Shown piece by piece: positions 25,073-39,592 of a stretch of 64,000 bases of DNA. The translations under genes and the position numbers were made by a program. The stretch is from NCBI GenBank assembly GCA_013265495.1, contig MU058790.1, positions 124,001 to 188,000 of the forward strand, read 5' to 3'. This stretch comes from Vicugna vicugna (Eukaryota). Numbering within the stretch: the first letter of the stretch is position 1; every line of letters begins with the position of its first letter. The notes under the pieces are model-generated. The model searched no databases. It was not told the origin of the DNA and worked only from the letters and a program-made list of their open reading frames with translations.

Positions 25073-26339
25073 TTAAACTAGATAATGGAGAGAAGGTCTG
25101 GTTCTAGGATACACACAAGAAAGATAGTTGGTTCTGTGGTTAATATATTATAAGCATAATTTTAACTTCCCAGACAGGTCTCTAAATCTAATCAACATTT
25201 AATAGAAAAGTGCTCAAACATTTTTATCAGAAATGTGAATACTTTCCAGGAGAGGTTGTTAATAACATCTTCAAAAAGTTCTGCTCCAGTCCACCTTTGG
25301 TAAGGCTTAAGAAAATTTTGTTCCCATAGACCTAGGTTCAGTGCCAGTTATGGCATTTAGTAGTTTTATGACCTTTGGTAAATTACTTAAACTCTTTGTG
25401 TCTTTGTTTTCTTAGCTGTAAGATGGGGACAATAATATCTATCTCACAGGACTACCCTAGGGTTTTAATGCCTGGCACAGAGAAAATGTTCAATTAATTC
25501 TAGTTTCCTTCCTTCCTTCCTTCATTTCTTTTTTCTTCCTTTCTTCTTCTTTGAGAGGTCAAGTGAGCTGATAAAGAGTAATGACCACCTTGTGCCCTTA
25601 TGATAATCTTAAACAAAAAAGTATAAGGTGATATTGGGGAAAGTGGGAGAGTGAAAGATGGCTGGAGAAGAGAAAAGAATAAAAAATGTAGGAGGCCGAG
25701 ACATCATACCCCCATTTTAAAAATAAAGTTCTCCATAATAATGCTGGCACTGGGGGTGAGGAAGTGGTCAGCAGAATAGAATACCTGATATTCTGAAAAT
25801 TAAGCCTCATTGTCTATATCAACATTAAGCACTCACATACACATACTAGAAAATAGACTGATTCAGCCTTAATGATATAAGTAGATTTGCATTGAACTGA
25901 AAATATGTCCATGTGAAAGTATATCAAAATTAAAAGCTCATTTGCATATATATTATCAGTTAGAGAAAATGTTCATTGCAAGATAATCCGCCCTCTAGGA
26001 GAGGCCATTAGGTTGATTTGCATTCATTTAAATGTTCATGTGGGACATTGATTTTGTCTGTGCAATTACGAGGGTAGTTAATACATTGTGCTACTAAAAC
26101 AGTTAAAAGACTGCACAGAAGTTGTAATACACGAAAGTGAGAATGCATGGGCCCAACTAGAAGGAAAGCTTCTTACATAAATAGACACCCTTCCTTCAGT
26201 GTGGGCAAAGAAATTGAAACTAGTCACTCCACACAAATCTCTCTCCACCCAGTGTTATTCTTGGAGCAGGGATTCATGAATGAACGGAGAGTCATTTTTA
26301 TAGTAAGCAAAATAATAAGTAAATTACATAATATGTTAG

Positions 26340-26906
26340 AAGAGGTAGCAGATTGTAAGTATGGCCCCAGATTCTTCCCACTCCTGTTTGGACACCCTTC
26401 TACCATGTAATTTTTGTAGTATGAATTTGTAGGTCTTCTTACCAAGAATTGGAATCTATTTCTCAAATACACTAAATCTAGGCTGGCCATTTGACTTTAC
26501 TTCGGCCAATAGGACATTAGCAAATAAAGCAAAAACAGAAGCAAGATATGAAAAGTGCTAGCTTGCTGGGGCTTACTCCCTTACTGCTCTTGGAACCCTC
26601 AAACCACTATGTGACTGACTCCAAGGAAGACTGCTGGAAGATGAGAAAGCTATGTGGGAGAGAACAGAGGTCCCTCAGCCTGCCAACCACTACACATGTG
26701 AATGAGGCCATTCTGGATCATTCAGCCATTAGCTGGCCTGCCAGCTGACCACAGATGCATGAGCAAACCCAGGAGAGATCAGCTGAGTCAGTCCAGGCCA
26801 GAAGAACTGCACAGCTAACCTATAGTCTATGAGCTCAGTAAAATGGTGGCTGTTTTAAGCTTCTAAGTTTGCAGTATTTTGTGATGCAAAAGTGGCTAAT
26901 GGGTAC
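26340..26906 (+). mobile_element. MaLR (MLT1-type) LTR
   Basis: 'ggctggccatttgactttacttcggccaatagg...cacatgtgaatgaggccatt...tgttttaagcttctaagttt'. Confidence 0.7.
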
Positions 26907-28960
26907 TGAAGGTTATAAATACTTGAGAGAGAAATAGAGCAGAGAAGGAGGGAGTAGAAGTATGTGTATGTTTTTCTTGGGGGGATATGTTGCCCCCCCG
27001 CCAAGTTATTTTAAATAACTTTGTCAGGGAAGGCTTTGCTGAGCAGATAATGTTTGACTAAACATGTGAAGGAGATAAGGAAGTGATTCATGGGGTTATT
27101 TAAGAGAACATGCCTTGCAAAGGGGACAGCAAGTTGAAAGTTCCTGAGGCTCAATGTGTCTGGCTTCTTTGAAGAAAAGCAAGGTCAGGGTGTCTGGAGG
27201 GCGAAGAGGTAATAGGAGGCCAACTATTTCAGGAGTTCCCTATTAACCTCTGGGAAGAGACTTCCAAATTATAGGAGGTGACCCCCCTGTGGCTTTCCAT
27301 GTCTGATAGGAGACCACAGTAAGGAATCAGTCCAGAGGTAGGAAACTGATACAAGTTGGGCCAACCAGTTTCTTCCTCCTGGAAATTTGAAATTTGGGAC
27401 ACAGAAATGCAGAGATTGGGAGGTGTTAGAGCTGAAGTCACCTTACTGGCTGCACTCAACAGATCCAAGATCCACACCCAGCTGTCGTTGAATTTCTAGG
27501 GCTGGCTTGCTTCTGGTCCGTGTCAAGGCTTAGGAGCGGAACTTGTTTTTTGGGCTGTGGAACACCCCTGAATCATTACAATGAATTTGCTCTAACTCTC
27601 ATTCGTTTTCCTTAAATAAGGCAAAGTTAATTTTTGTTGCTTGTGAATAAAAGAGCCTTAACTAATATAATCATCTTGTGATTTCTCTCTTGTCGTTTAA
27701 TATATGCCTTCTCTTCTGAAATGGATTATTAGATTCTTAGAAACGAGAATAATTTCTTCCATTTATTTTGCATCTTTCCTCTACCCAGCTGTGCTTATAG
27801 GACAAGATAATGACAGCTAAGCATTCATTCAGTGTCTATAATGTATCAAACACTGTGCTAAGTGCTTATGTAGATTATCTTATTTAAAGTTCACAATAAT
27901 TCTATGAATAATTGCTTTGATTAGCTCCATTTTTACCAATGAGGAAACAGAGGCTAGAGAGGCGACATGGCTAATAAATGGTGGAGTGTGGACTCAAACT
28001 CAGGCAATCCCACCCCAAAACCTACATTCTTTCAGGACCCAGCACTGAGTAGGTACTTAAAGACACTTGTGTATTTTTTCATTGAAGAATGTCCCAAAGT
28101 ATCCCCAAATCACCTTCTGGGATGATCAACTGGCCTTCACCAGCCAGACAGGGCTTCATCAGTCTCCCTCTACTGTGGGTGGAGAGCTTCCTTCTAGGAA
28201 CTTATTATCAGTGATGAGTTAGGGGCTGTGATGTAGGCAGCAGAAAACCATTCCTGCTCAGAAAGTGTTCCTTATCCCATCAGGGCCAGACATGACAAAA
28301 TGGGTCACATTTGGGGTTAACATTCTTGTTAAAATGTAAATAAGTTATGCAAATGTAAGTATGTATAACATGACATGAATTCATCAACATACATCAGTAT
28401 ATGCTAATTTACCAGGAAAAAACCCACAAACTTCTGTGAGGGCAAGGCCTGTGGCTACTCTATTCATCTTTGCATCTCAGGTGCCTCACACATACACTGA
28501 CTCACAGTATGTACTCAATAAAAAAAATTGCCAAATGAGTTGGATGAATGAAGAGTTAGGTATCAGCGAATAAGGGTCCAGCTAGGATAGTTTAAATACA
28601 GAGAATTACTCACTCTTGATGGATGTATATGAATCTTACTAAATGAGTTTTATCATTCTTCTGATTTGTAGGGGTGTCTATGTTGTAAATGTGCAGTGGG
28701 TAAACTTGGATGAGACCATTCACCTGTGTTTTGGAGGTAAGTCTCCCAGGAAGGGTGAGATGATAGTTTGAGTTAATAACCCAGACAAGACTGTCCGAGA
28801 GGAATACAATGGGAGAGCCGTGATGAGTGGCAAAGCAGGAACATGTCCTCTGACTCTAATTTGAGGGCAGAATAGATATTCACTGCATCAACCATAGGGA
28901 GCTAGAAGGTAGATGAGAAATCTGCATGGAGAAGTTGCTTGGTACAACAGGAAAGAACAC

Positions 28961-29382
28961 TGTGGTGGAATACATTGATGGCTCCAATTCCTCATCCCTT
29001 CCTATATAGAAGTCCATTGTCATGTAACTTTGCAGTGCCTTCCTGGGTTGGGTGCACTTCTCTGTCCCTTGACTTTGAGTTCAGCCAAAGGATTTTATTT
29101 TGCCAACAGAATGAGATGGCAGTGATGCTGCTCCAGTTCTGAGCCTAGGAAGGGACTTTGCACATTTCCTCTTGTGTCTTGCCCTTTTACTATGGCTATA
29201 AGAAAAATATGCCTGCACTAGCCTTCTAGTCCCACAGACTCAGTGCAACAGAATCACCTCTAACCAAGCTCACTCTAAATCAACTGACTCTCATCTAACC
29301 CGCAGATACATGAGAGTAAATGATTTTGGTCTTAAGCCACTGATTTTGGGGGCATCAGTTTATGGCTATGGCTGATTGATAC
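28961..29382 (+). mobile_element. MaLR (MLT1-type) LTR followed by a MIR remnant (~29400-29570)
   Basis: 'tgtggtggaatac...ttaagccactgattttgggg...ggctgattgataca', then 'ctgagcctcagttttctcatcagtaaaatagg'. Confidence 0.65.
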
Positions 29383-30637
29383 AAGCACCAAACTTACAGA
29401 AGGATAGACCTTACTTTGAATTCTGGCTCTTTCACTGATTGGCTATGTGCCCATGGAGAGATCATTTAAACATTCTGAGCCTCAGTTTTCTCATCAGTAA
29501 AATAGGTATGATGATACCTATCTTATCTGTTAGGGCTGCTAAGGGGAATATCAAAGATACATGTGAAGATCTTCATGTTATAGAATTATAGAGTAATGCT
29601 TTTTTTCTTTATTACTGGAGATAATTGATTCTCTCTACAATACTTCTTATTTTTTTCTTCCTTGGTGTGTTAGTGTTCTCATTTAAAATGTCACATTGTC
29701 ACAACTGTTTTACCCCATGACAAAGTTTTAACAAGGGGACAGTGAGCCTCTGGGGGTCACAGTGCTAGTGGGAACATCTAGAAGATTGGAAGACCGTCAG
29801 GAGGAATAATGTAACTCAGGTGGGCAAAATCAACACCTCCCCACTTGATGACTGTGCTCGAGTGTTTGGCTTAGTAAGAAATCATTCCAAGATACTCAGA
29901 GGGAAGATCTGGAACCATCTTAAGCAGCCCAACTGTCCTTGGTCTCCTGGCTACCTTTGGTGTCAAAGTCTAGAGATGGACCAGAAGACAAAAGGAGGCG
30001 AGGAAGAGAAAATCCCACCAGCTATCCTAATGTGATACTTCCCATCTCCCAGGGCGCTGTATTCAATGGGCTGGAGATACAAAAACGCCCAGCCCTTCGA
30101 CCCACATAATCCAGCTGCAAGTTCTTACCCTCCTCTGAGCTTACAACCCATTCTCTGTCCCCAGGTCATTTGCCATTTACTTGTTTGCTGCCTCACGTTG
30201 CGGGTGTGCTACTCCGTGACTATGATCATGGTATCTCAGTGCCATGTGGCTTCCTCATAATTTTACCTGTCAGACCTTTTCTTTTATGTTGGGTACGGAT
30301 GAGAAGGGACTATTTCCACAACAAAACAGATTTACAGATTGATAGTTGGCTTGTGACAGTTTAATGCCAAGGTGTTATAGGACTACCTGCCAGTGAAGAG
30401 AGAGTCCAGTAGAATCAGATTAATGATTAATTGGGCTTTTCAGATTTAAAGAAAAAATCAAGCAATACATCAAATAGACTTTGTATAATTTACAAGTATT
30501 AGTAAGTATGTGGGGGAATACTTACTGCATAATAGTCATTATTTGTTCTCTTAAGCATAACAACTTTGTCCATGGAGATGAGGCTGAATGGTACTGAAAC
30601 AGGTCCTGCTTTCTAGAAGATAATATTTAAGGAGTTG

Positions 30638-30665
30638 AACACACACACACACACACACACACACA
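30638..30665. repeat. (CA)n microsatellite
   Basis: Directly visible. Confidence 0.95.
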
Positions 30666-30769
30666 GTGGAGAGGCTTTAACTCCTTTAACTCTTTTATTT
30701 ATTGCCATTTTCCTAATGCCAAGAACAGTCCCTGGCATATAGCAGGCAAATATGAACGCAGATATTTCT

Positions 30770-32345
30770 TGACTGCCTACTACCAGCCAGATCATGTTCT
30801 AGGCACACTAGATGGATACTTATGGATACTCCATTAAGTAAAACAGAAATGCATGTTTTCATGGAGTTTATATGGTACAAGTGGGAGACTGAAACTAAAG
30901 AAATAAATGAATACACTATTTAGTACGGCAGATGGGATGAGAACTCTGGGGGGAGAATAAAGCAGGAAAGGGGGATAGGGAGTGCTGGGGTTTGGTGGGA
31001 GAGTCACTATTTTAAGTTGGGTAGTCAAGGAAGACCTCAGGGGTGGATGAGTTTTGAAGAGAAACCTAAGGTTGTTGAGAGAGTGAGCCCTGAGGATATC
31101 TCAGGGAAGAGAGTTCTAGGCAGAGGGAACAGTCAGTGTGCCAGCCTTGGATGTGGAGGGAACAGCAAGGAGGCCAGCATGACTAGAGTGGAGTACGCTA
31201 GGGAGACGGAGCAAGAGGACAGGTTTAGAGAGAGGGCAGGGGTGAGGTCATGCAGGGACTAAGTGACTATTGTAAGAATCAGGCTTTTACTCTGAGGGAG
31301 ACAGAGAGGCAATGGGAGGCTTTTGAACAGCTAAATGGCATGTTTGGAATTGCATTTTTTAAAATAAATAAATGACTGAATTATTAATAAATTGTGCAGA
31401 ATAGACACATTTCATGTTCAGAAAAACTGCAACTAATTTATGCAGATGCCTCACACTCAAGGAGATGGAACATAACTTCCCACCCCTTAAAAGTGTGGGT
31501 TGTGACTTTCTTCCAAAGAGTACAGTAGGAAAAGGAAAAACAACAACAACAAAAACCCCCAGTAACTTTAAAGGGGAGAAACCTGCCAAACACTTCCTCA
31601 GCCAGGTGACCAAGGTCAACATCAACACTAAGTCATACTGACAGTATATACAGGGATTTATTATTTTAAAAGTAGATGGATATTATGCATAATATTTTCT
31701 TTTTAGATACTTTCTAATTACAGAATAACTATTATTTGTCCCTATATAATTATTTGCTATTCTTAGTAGAAGAATACTCAGAATATGGAATCATTTTTTT
31801 AAATCAATATAGATAGCAAGGGTATATACTACCAATATGGAATTATACTGTTGAAGGATCATTCCAGCTACCGTGGGAGAAAAGACTATAGGGGGCAAAG
31901 GGCAGAAGCAAGGAGGTCAGTCGGGCTGTTTGTAATAACACAGCAGAGACGATGGTGGCTGGAGAAGGATAGTAGCAGTGCAGGTTGTAAGAAGTGGTCA
32001 GATTCGAGATGTATCTTGAAGATAAAATAGGCAGGGTTTGCTAATGGATTGGATGTGGAACATTAGAAAGAGAGAAGTCAAAAATGATCTAAGGACTGTA
32101 GCTTGTGCATCAATATGGATGGAGTTGCCATTCAACAAGATGAGGAAGACCTCAGAATGAGAAGATCTGATGGAAATCTCAAGAGTTGGATTTTGTACAA
32201 CGTTAAGTTCCAGATTCTTATTAGCCATCCAAGTGAGGATGTTAAGCAGGTGGCTGGATAAGTATCTGGAATTCAGAGGAAATGTTTGGACCACAGCTAT
32301 AAATCTGGGAGTCATTAAAAATAACTAAAAACTCAAGCCTGGATT
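30770..32345 (-). mobile_element. L2 remnant interrupted by an L1MC-type 3' fragment (~31370-31650)
   Basis: L2 motifs 'ttctaggcagagggaacagtcagtg', 'ggctggagaagg...agaagtggtcagattc', 'gctataaatctgggagtcatt'. The insert is homologous to ~46510-46790. Confidence 0.7.
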
Positions 32346-34949
32346 AGATCACAGATGCCTGATAAATATTTGACAGGTAATAAATAAATATACACTCTCT
32401 CTTCTGGTAGAACACATTTTCTATAATAATTAGTTTATATGCAATTGAAAATAGGGTAACAATGTTGGTATAATGTGGAAGTTCTGTTGGAGTATAATTA
32501 TAACCTTCAGCATGAAAGGAAAAAGGACTCCACTTGGCTGCAGCACAGTCAGAAACCATTTTAGCTTTATTTTAAGAAAATGAAATGTACCAAGGGCTTC
32601 CTCCCCAAGGAAGCCTTGCATGGCTCTTGCTCCAGGTAGATTGCACTCCCTCCTGTGTTTACCTTAATGACAGCCTCACTGTCTTAGACCTCCACCTCTG
32701 TGTGCCTTGTCTCAGCTCCATCAAGTCCGAATTTCCTTTCTTTTGGTTTCTTGCATTTTTAACATCCTGAGGAAGCCTCTGGCCATACCAAGCTGTGTCT
32801 GAGCTGTCCAAGTTATTGCCTGAGATATTCATTTTTCATTTTGTTAAAGCTCTGCTAATAAAGTTGCATAAGTTTTGGGTGATCTGCCTCTAACTCTATT
32901 TTTTTTCTAGAAGCCTTTAGCGTGTTATTTTGCAAAATGAGAGATTTTTCAGGGAAATGAATGTGTACATGTAGTGGACATGTTACTTTTGTCCACACCT
33001 TTCCTAGCATCTTTTTCTTTAGGAACTGTACCTTCTTCATCAGATAAGGCTATCAACCTATCAATCACATTCTCCTCCAAAATAGACAGACAAGCAGGGA
33101 TGGGCACATGACCCAGGATAGCCTATCAGAATACACTGCCTACCTGGCCCATGGTGATTGGTTCAGGAAGAGACACATGACTCAAGCAGAGCCAATCCCT
33201 GGAGCCCTGCTGGTGCTGTAAGGAAGAACTCTCTCAACTCTGGAACTTCCTTGGACACTATCTGTCTAAAGAATGATATTGTCACAAGAGAAAGGAGGTG
33301 CAAATTAAGAATCCAAAGTAAATGATTCATTTCCTGTGTATATCTCCCATTATTATTTTCCTGGAAATCTCCTAGTCTTTCTTTAAGGCTCAATTCAATT
33401 GTTATCTTTTGGTGAAATGGTTCATGACTACCCCACCCCCTGAATCTTGTACACACCCCTCTTACAGAATTGCTGCATGACTGTTTATTGTCTACTCCTC
33501 CCCTTCCCCCACCCTTTGGTGTATGGCATTCTTGATGGTAGTGGCTTTGCTTTATTCGTCTCTATAAGCGCAGACCCTGACACAATGCCTAGTACATGGT
33601 AAATGCATAGTAAATGTAGCAAATGTGAGTTGAATGAATGGATGAAGATAAGATTCTAGTAATACTTGTGGCTGATCACCTTGCATGAAAAGACACATTG
33701 TCTTAGATACACACACACATATTCTAGGGGAATATAGAATTTATGATAGGTAAGAATTTTGATCCAAGTACTAATAGCTTAAACAAAGAAAGCAATTCAT
33801 TGAGATGAAACTTGAAAATAAGATAGCAAGGGAGAATGCAGAGTAGGGGAGGCTTTGAAAGAAGAGAAAAAATAGTTAGAAAAGAAACAGCACCTTATAA
33901 ACTTGGTAGAGATAGAGAAGCTCAGGGATGATATTATTCAGGAAAGTAGGTATAGATAAGGTAGAAAAGTAAAAGGAAATAGGCAAAGATAGAAAGTATA
34001 GAGGTGTTGGTGGAAGGCGAGAGTAGGAAGGTCCTGGATGTTAGACCTTTGAGCTTTCAATAGAAATTTGTTTTCCACTGAGTGTCAGGCTGTTTGCTGG
34101 GTTATTGGGATATTGAAATGAATGTCATTGTCTCTGCCCATCATGGGGGAGATCCAGATGGCAGAAAAGCAATGGGATGATGAGAAGGGGTGTGTGTTGA
34201 GGGGGATAATGTGGACTTTTCTGAACGGACAGCAACTTTCCATTCTTTACCGGGATTGTAGGTAAAGTATGGCAGCTGAAATGCTGTCCTCAAGTTGGGA
34301 AAATGTGACATTCTCTCCCCATTCTTGTCGCTTTCTGAATTCTAGAATCCCTCATGCTTGCCAAGGCTAATGGGATTCTTATTCTACAGGCTCTTCCTCC
34401 CAGTTTTGATATGATGGAGTCAGGACTGTGGTCTCATCACCCTTCTCTCCGCAGCAGAACAAGATTACCTCTACCAGAACAATGTCAGGCCCCAAGGCAG
34501 CATTCCCAATCTGTATTTGCTGGAGATACTACTTCTACAAGTCCTGGCACTCTGTGGCACCTTGATTGTCCCAGCAAAGCTTGGGTAGGGCCTCGGCTGC
34601 TCTTCGCACCCCGAGTCAGGATAGGAGGGTGCCGCCTGGCACCAGCATCCCATCATCCCCACTGCAGTGTTTCAAGACCCTGGAGCATCCGAGAGGGAAG
34701 AGGGTCATAGCCACCTCTGTGAGGAAGGGGATTCCAGGCATATGGGAGTAATTTGTGCATTGGCTGTGGTGGGCAGGGGGACCCTGGGCATAGACACCAA
34801 CTCTGGGAGAGTCTGGGTCTTGCCAAACCCAGCTGGCAGGCGGAAAGTGTGTCAAAGGGGTAGCCCTAGGGGCAACGAGTCCCTGCAAGATAAGGGCCCA
34901 AGGAGAGGGGAAAGACCTATGGAAAAGGATACACCTGGGATCTTCAGGC

Positions 34950-35600
34950 CCCAGCTGCGCCCGTCTCTGGGCTGAGTGGGTTCCGGCGCCACCGCAAGGG
35001 GGAGACCGAGGGCGGCAGGGCAGGGGGGCTGTGCAGGGCCGGTGGTGCGCGGCGCCGGCTGGGACAGCCTGAGGGAGGGCCTTAGCAGTGCCGCGTCCGG
35101 ATGGCACGTGGAAGGTGCACTGAGCTCAGAGGGGCGCCCCGGGGGCAGCGGGTCCGGGGCGGCGAGGAGAGGGGAGACCCGCGACGGAGGCACTCGTCCT
35201 GCGGCTGCGGACGGTTGTCTCGAGGGGCGGGCCGTGCCTGGCGCGGCGCGGGCTGGGTGGGCTCTGGCGCCGCCGTCTGGGGGCGTGGGGCAGAGGGCGC
35301 TGTGCTTAGGGGCGGCTGGAGACGCCCTCCAGCGCTCCGGCCCGGTACCTGCCGGGGGCGGGCGGCGCAAGGGGCGCGCGGCGCGAGAGGCGGGCGCGGA
35401 GCGCGTGAGTCACTCGGCTGGCTCCCCCGGGTTCGGAGCGGGACTTCGCCTCCCGCCTGGGGTCTGCTTTCATCTCCGGCTTCAACGACCCGCGCCAGAA
35501 CACCGGCGCCTTCCTGGGGCTCGACCAGCCGCCTTTCCGTCTAGGCGAGGGCCAGGTAAGTTTCTCGTCTTTTGATGCTTGGGTGACTCGGGGGAAGGGG
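34950..35600. promoter_or_regulatory. CpG-island promoter
   Basis: Abrupt GC- and CpG-rich tract in an AT-rich background. GC boxes at 35224 and 35354, GGGCGTGGG near 35281, E-box CACGTG at 35105-35110, AP-1 TGAGTCA at 35406-35412. Confidence 0.9.
35400..35555 (+). other. Probable non-coding first exon of an unidentified gene (start approximate)
   Basis: Perfect donor CAG|GTAAGT at 35555/35556 at the island's 3' edge. No ATG in 35400-35555. Confidence 0.7.
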
Positions 35601-37302
35601 AGGGGGTCTCCCAGTCTGTGTCTCGGTCTGCCTTTGCTTCCACCTTTTGGTTATCTCCATTGGAGAGAGAAAGTTAGATTTATAAAACGCAACAGAGAAT
35701 TTCAAATCCATGTTCAGACCCCAAAAAGCCAAACTCTGGGGCCATATTCTTAATTTCCCCTGTGTCTGCAACTGTCCGGATGCGGCGTTGTACGGGGCTA
35801 GCAATGTTAGATTTGTTTCGTGTGTTTTCCTCCTCCCCCACTTTCTTCCTGGGTGATTCTCAGAGGTCGCGAAGCGAGGAGGGTTGGGGGGGAGGGGGGT
35901 TGAAGTGGGGCAGCAAAGCTAGAAGGCTGAGCTGGATGGAATCCCTTTGCCCGGGCGGTTTCCCATTCTCGGCGAGGTGGCAGATGTTTTACTGTAGCCC
36001 GAGTTGGGATCTTGGAACAGCCCTCCCCAGCCCAGGACGTGGCAGAGCTGTAAGGTAACTGCAGTTGCTGCATATCAGTCTCGTCACCATTGACTGAATC
36101 AAAATGTTCCGGAGGCACAATTAATGTGACTGCCACGATAATGTTGAAATAATTCACCGAAGGACTCTATGGAATATATATTTTTTGATATATTGTATTC
36201 CAGGAAAATTTTAGGAGGCTACTGCTGGTCTTATTTTCTCAATTTTCAAAGATACTTCAAAACCTGTTATTTCCCTTGAAAGAAAATCAATGAGGACTGT
36301 TTCTTATAAGGGTTTAACAATGCAAAGCTGCATGTTAGTTTTCCTTTTCCTTTACCAGGGTGTGTGTGTGGGCAGGGGTGCTTCCACTAACTGCTTTTAG
36401 AAAAATCAACGCGGGGAGGGGGCTCCCCCTTTCTCTCCCATTAAGTGCAAGTGTTTCTGTGAATATTGAATAGGTACTAATTATTGTTGTCCTTTTTTTG
36501 CTTAAAAGTAGCATAGGAAAGAACCTCCTGGAATGCGTACATTTGTGGCTCATGGTGACGACTAATTGCTTTATCAATACGGTTTGGATTGATGCAATGT
36601 TAACAGGTGGTCTTAATTCACAGCACAGGATTTTTCTGTTTTAGACGAACATCCCTGCTGATTGGGAGGAAAGTAGTACTCCCCTCCCCCCACCCCAACC
36701 ATGTCTTTAATCCTGCTTTGTAGGAAAGAGAAGGATGGTGGGAGCAGTTTTTTTTTTAGCAGTTGATTGGGCCGATGATCATAAATTGCTCTTTCCTGAA
36801 TTGTCATTTGGTTTATAATCTGTGATTGTAGAAGAGAACCCCCAGCTGCCTTGGAAGAAAATTATTAAAACCTTAGGTGTTTAGTCAGATCACAGAGATA
36901 ACTTTTTACAGTTAAAAAGCTCTTCCCAGGGAGCCCCCTCTAAACTGAGTTAGGTTTCCCACCTTTTTGATAACATAACTCTTCTCCTGGGCATCTTGTG
37001 ACTCTTGGTTTGCATGCCAGTCTCTCTCAAGACAGAAAAATTTCTTGGAAGGTGGGGCAATTTGTATTCTTGGAGCCTATTCAGTTAGGGTAGGGGTCGG
37101 TTGAATGAGTAAATAAATGAATTTGGTGGTTCAGATCAGGCTTACCGTTCCTTGAACACCACACTTGGGCATGTTTTTTTTCTTTTTCACTCCTAGAAGA
37201 TAATCTTTCTAATTCAGTGATTCTCAAAGTGTGGATCCTCAGACAACACTGTATTCGAAAGGAATGCAAGTTTGACATATATGGAAAACATCTATATATT
37301 AA

Positions 37303-37757
37303 CTGTCACACTTCTTTGCTGCAAGTGACAGAAAAGCCAACTAAAAGTGGCTTTAACAAATTAAAGATGGCTGACAGCAGATGATCACTGGAGTCAGTTC
37401 AGTGGCCCGGCAATGTTAGGATTCTGGGTCGATGCTTTTACCCTCATGGCTTCAAGATGGCTCTAACAGCTCCAGATGTTATGTCCTTATCCCATGTTCA
37501 AAGGCAGGAAACAGAGAGTAGGAAGGAATAGAATAATTTCCCTCATGAAACTTTCTCTTATTAGAGAAGAAATAGCTTTCCCCAAAGTTCCCCAACAGAA
37601 TCTCCCTTGTATCTCATTGGCCAGAGCTGGGCCACATAACAGTCCTTAGTGGTATGAGAGGCCAGGAAAGTGAGTATTGGGCTTTTTAGCTTCTATAGTG
37701 GAAAGGCGGCCAGGGAGAGGGGCATTGGAGGTGGCTTTCGGGAGCTAACCAGCAAGT
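37303..37757 (-). mobile_element. Old MaLR (MLT1-type) LTR
   Basis: 'gctgcaagtgacagaaaagccaactaaaagtggctttaacaa...ttcaagatggct...ctcattggccagagctggg'. Confidence 0.7.
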
Positions 37758-38619
37758 CTTAAGCTATCATGGAAATGGCCCTGTTTTAACCAGTGATTAT
37801 ATTAATGATTAGTCTCACTAAAACATTAAATATTAATCAATGTAGCAAAAGCACATTAAGAACGGGGATTATTTTCTCCCTAGGGTATGGTATTTTAAGG
37901 GTGCTAAATAATCACTTTTGTAGAGTGTGTGATATTTTTGCTATCTGCGGTCTCTAAAAACTATTTCTATATAAAGAAAAAAATGTATATACAGCTTGTA
38001 TGGTTTCCATTATATGAAGTATGGGTCAGAGCGTCCAGTTCCTGAAACAGAGTAAACAGTAAATAGTTGTGCTGTGAGTAAACTATTGAGTTTGGGAGCT
38101 TCACAACTTCACAAGGACAAATGGAAAGGATTTACCAATAAAAAGCTAATTAGTGACTTGGCACCTGTGCCCCAAAAGGCTAGTTTACACAAACTTAAGA
38201 GTCTTTAATTTGGATCCTAGGAGCCTGGAGAGCTCCTGGAGGAACACGAAGAACAAGAAGACCATAAAGAGGGAGTGGATACTGACAGTTTAGGTGGATA
38301 GATTTTCTTTGGGAGCCTTCTCTGTTCCTCTGCTGTGGAAGATGTACTACCCGAAAAAAAAAAAAAAAACCAAACTTAAGACGATCCCTAGCACACACAC
38401 AAAAAATTTAAGTTGATGCATGAAAAGAAGAGAACATACATTACTGCCAGCTTGGATTCTTGACTCTTTCCGTGTAGGAATCCTGGTATATTTACAGAAG
38501 GACCAGGTTTGAGGACCTGATGATGAGTGCTCAGCTAAGCAAGTACCAAGGGATTGAGGTTGAACAATTGCGAGCCCCTGTGCCTTAGATTTCTCACCAG
38601 TCAAAAGAATGAAGTAGAC

Positions 38620-39592
38620 TCTCCGTGGTTTTCAAACTGTGTTGCACTTTAAAAATCACCCAGAGCTTTTTAAAATCCAGATTTCTATACTTCAGTTAAA
38701 AAAACTAATAAAATCCAGATTTGTGGGCAGATCCTCAGACTTAATTGGAACCTCTGGGAAGGGGACCCAGGCATCAGGATTTTTAAAATCCCCCAGATGA
38801 TTCCAGTATGCACCTGACTTCGGGAACTGTTTTAGTTTGCCTGGGCTAACATAACAGAGTACCACAGACTTGGTGAGTTAAAAAATGAATTTATTTTCTC
38901 ACAGTTCTGGGGAATAGATGTTCAAGACCAAGATGTTGGCAGAGTTGGTGTCTTTTGAGGTCTTTTTCCTTGGCTTGTACATGGCTGCCTTCGCACTGTT
39001 TCCACATCTTTTCTCTGCATGTCTCTCTCCGTTCTAATCACTTATAAGGACACAGGTCATTTTAGATTATGGCCCACACCTATGACCTAATTTTGCCATA
39101 ATTACTTTTAAGGCTCTATCTCCACATACAGTCAAATTCAGAGGTATAGGGGTTAGGACTTCAACATGTGAATTGGGGAGCGGGGCACAATTCAGCCCAT
39201 AACTGGAGCCGTTGGAGAAGTACAATTGTAGCGCTTCTCAAGCTTTATTGTATATTCAAGTCACCTGAAGATCTTATTGTAATTCAGAATCCAATTGTGT
39301 AAATCTGTGTGGGGCCCGAGATGCCGCAGATGTCTAGCAAACTCCAGGTGATGCCAGTGCGGCCGGTCGGTAGATAACACTTGAAGTAGTGTGGTTCTGT
39401 CTAGAGCGCTAGTTATGAAGGTCTAGCAGGCATTAGAATCGCCTGGAGAGCGTGTTAAAAACAGATTGCTAGGTCCTGGCCTCAGAATTTCTGATTCTGT
39501 AGGTTTGGGGTGGAGCCCAAGAATTTGCATTTCTAACAAGTTCCCAAGTGATGAGCTGCTGGTCTAGGGCTGATACTTTGCAAACCACCTGT
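38620..39592. mobile_element. Cluster of three MER5-type hAT MITEs with an MLT1A-like LTR (38828-39202, - strand)
   Basis: MER5 motifs 'gtggttttcaaact...aatcacc', 'gaatttgcatttctaacaagttccca.gtgatg'. MLT1A-like 'taccacagactt...tttattttctcacagttctgg...cacaattcagcccataac'. Confidence 0.75.

Noticed and set aside
34354..35575. Overlapping 100-199 aa ORFs on both strands
   Set aside because: Low-complexity Ala/Gly/Pro/Arg translations expected from stop-poor GC-rich DNA. The longest runs through the splice donor and has no ATG start.
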